From Bacteroidales bacterium (GTDB lineage: Bacteria; Bacteroidota; Bacteroidia; Bacteroidales; UBA1715), in the NCBI GenBank assembly GCA_024402335.1, contig JAKSTZ010000001.1, forward strand, positions 23,687 to 87,686: a stretch of 64,000 bases of DNA, written 5' to 3'. The translations under genes were made by a program, and so were the position numbers. This document shows positions 63,841 to 64,000 of the stretch, one piece after another. The notes beneath the pieces were generated by a model, which saw only the letters and a list, made by a program, of their open reading frames with translations, ran no database searches and was not told the DNA's origin. Within the stretch, counting starts at the first letter, position 1, and each line of letters opens with the position of its first letter.

Positions 63841-64000
63841 ATGAATATTCAAGATAAATTTCGTGGTACTGGAGCAGCTCTTATAACTCCATTTTCAGCA
63901 GACGGCAGTGTAGATTTTAAATCTTTGAAAAAACTTGTCGACCACGTAATTGACGGCGGAGTTGAATTTTTAGTCGTTTTCGGAACGACAGGTGAACCAA
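63841..64000 (+). CDS. dapA: 4-hydroxy-tetrahydrodipicolinate synthase (5' partial, runs off the window)
   Basis: My own translation from ATG 63841 gives [53 protein letters not shown], the canonical DapA N-terminus (G-x-x-x-A-x-x-TPF, GTTGE). Not in the ORF track because it is truncated. Confidence 0.85.
   Translation, partial: MNIQDKFRGTGAALITPFSADGSVDFKSLKKLVDHVIDGGVEFLVVFGTTGEP

Noticed and set aside
1-64000. Visual scan for CRISPR arrays, tRNA/rRNA/tmRNA/RNase P/SRP genes, transposases, integrases, restriction-modification or other known defence genes
   Set aside because: I found no regularly spaced direct repeats, no tRNA T-loop/acceptor signatures in the intergenic regions, and no proteins with the corresponding motifs. 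This is a manual negative result and should be confirmed with tRNAscan-SE, Infernal, ISEScan and DefenseFinder/PADLOC.

Overview
This is a low-GC chromosomal segment that looks Bacteroidota (Bacteroidales-like). The inference rests on three things: the Bacteroides-type -7 promoter motif TAnnTTTG sits 10-25 nt upstream of many start codons, an S8 protease carries a T9SS-like C-terminal domain, and the gene set includes ExbB/ExbD, IorAB-PaaK, RpoN and an Omp85-like protein. I call about 57 protein-coding genes, and almost all are core housekeeping. They include thyA, metK, rdgB, recO, rpoN, iorAB-paaK, a phoB/phoR-porin-pstSCAB locus, parE, murB, gmhB, mfd, tgt, lptF/G, relA, slyD and partial dapA. 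Also present are a Fur-family regulator with a P1B metal ATPase, an Mla-like ABC pair, envelope and glycan enzymes, and secreted peptidases. I recognised no rRNA, tRNA, CRISPR array, transposase, integrase or known defence system by eye. Several ORF-track entries were trimmed to internal ATGs where a signal peptide, a conserved N-terminus, an upstream gene stop or a promoter motif supports the shorter start. I found no clear novel multi-gene system. Six things deserve a second look. (1) A ~0.9-kb islet between lptF/G and relA holds an orphan PD-(D/E)xK-like mini-ORF. Its overlapping upstream ORF is joined to it by an in-phase A_AAA_AAG -1 slippery heptamer. A convergent XRE-type HTH gene overlaps the 3' end of relA. 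(2) A 670-bp ORF-free spacer (6824-7493) contains two densely nested helix sets, one of them preceded by a promoter motif. (3) A hairpin-forming intergenic repeat family is shared between 4.9 kb and 26.4 kb, in both cases beside envelope-modification genes. (4) Candidate regulatory palindromes lie at the fur/ATPase junction and immediately before the pst-locus porin start codon. (5) A translationally adjacent pair of enzyme-like proteins lacks the expected catalytic motifs. (6) A lipoprotein is built from 22-residue repeats and is tightly packed with a C1 peptidase. All functional calls rest on motif recognition from memory, not on searches.
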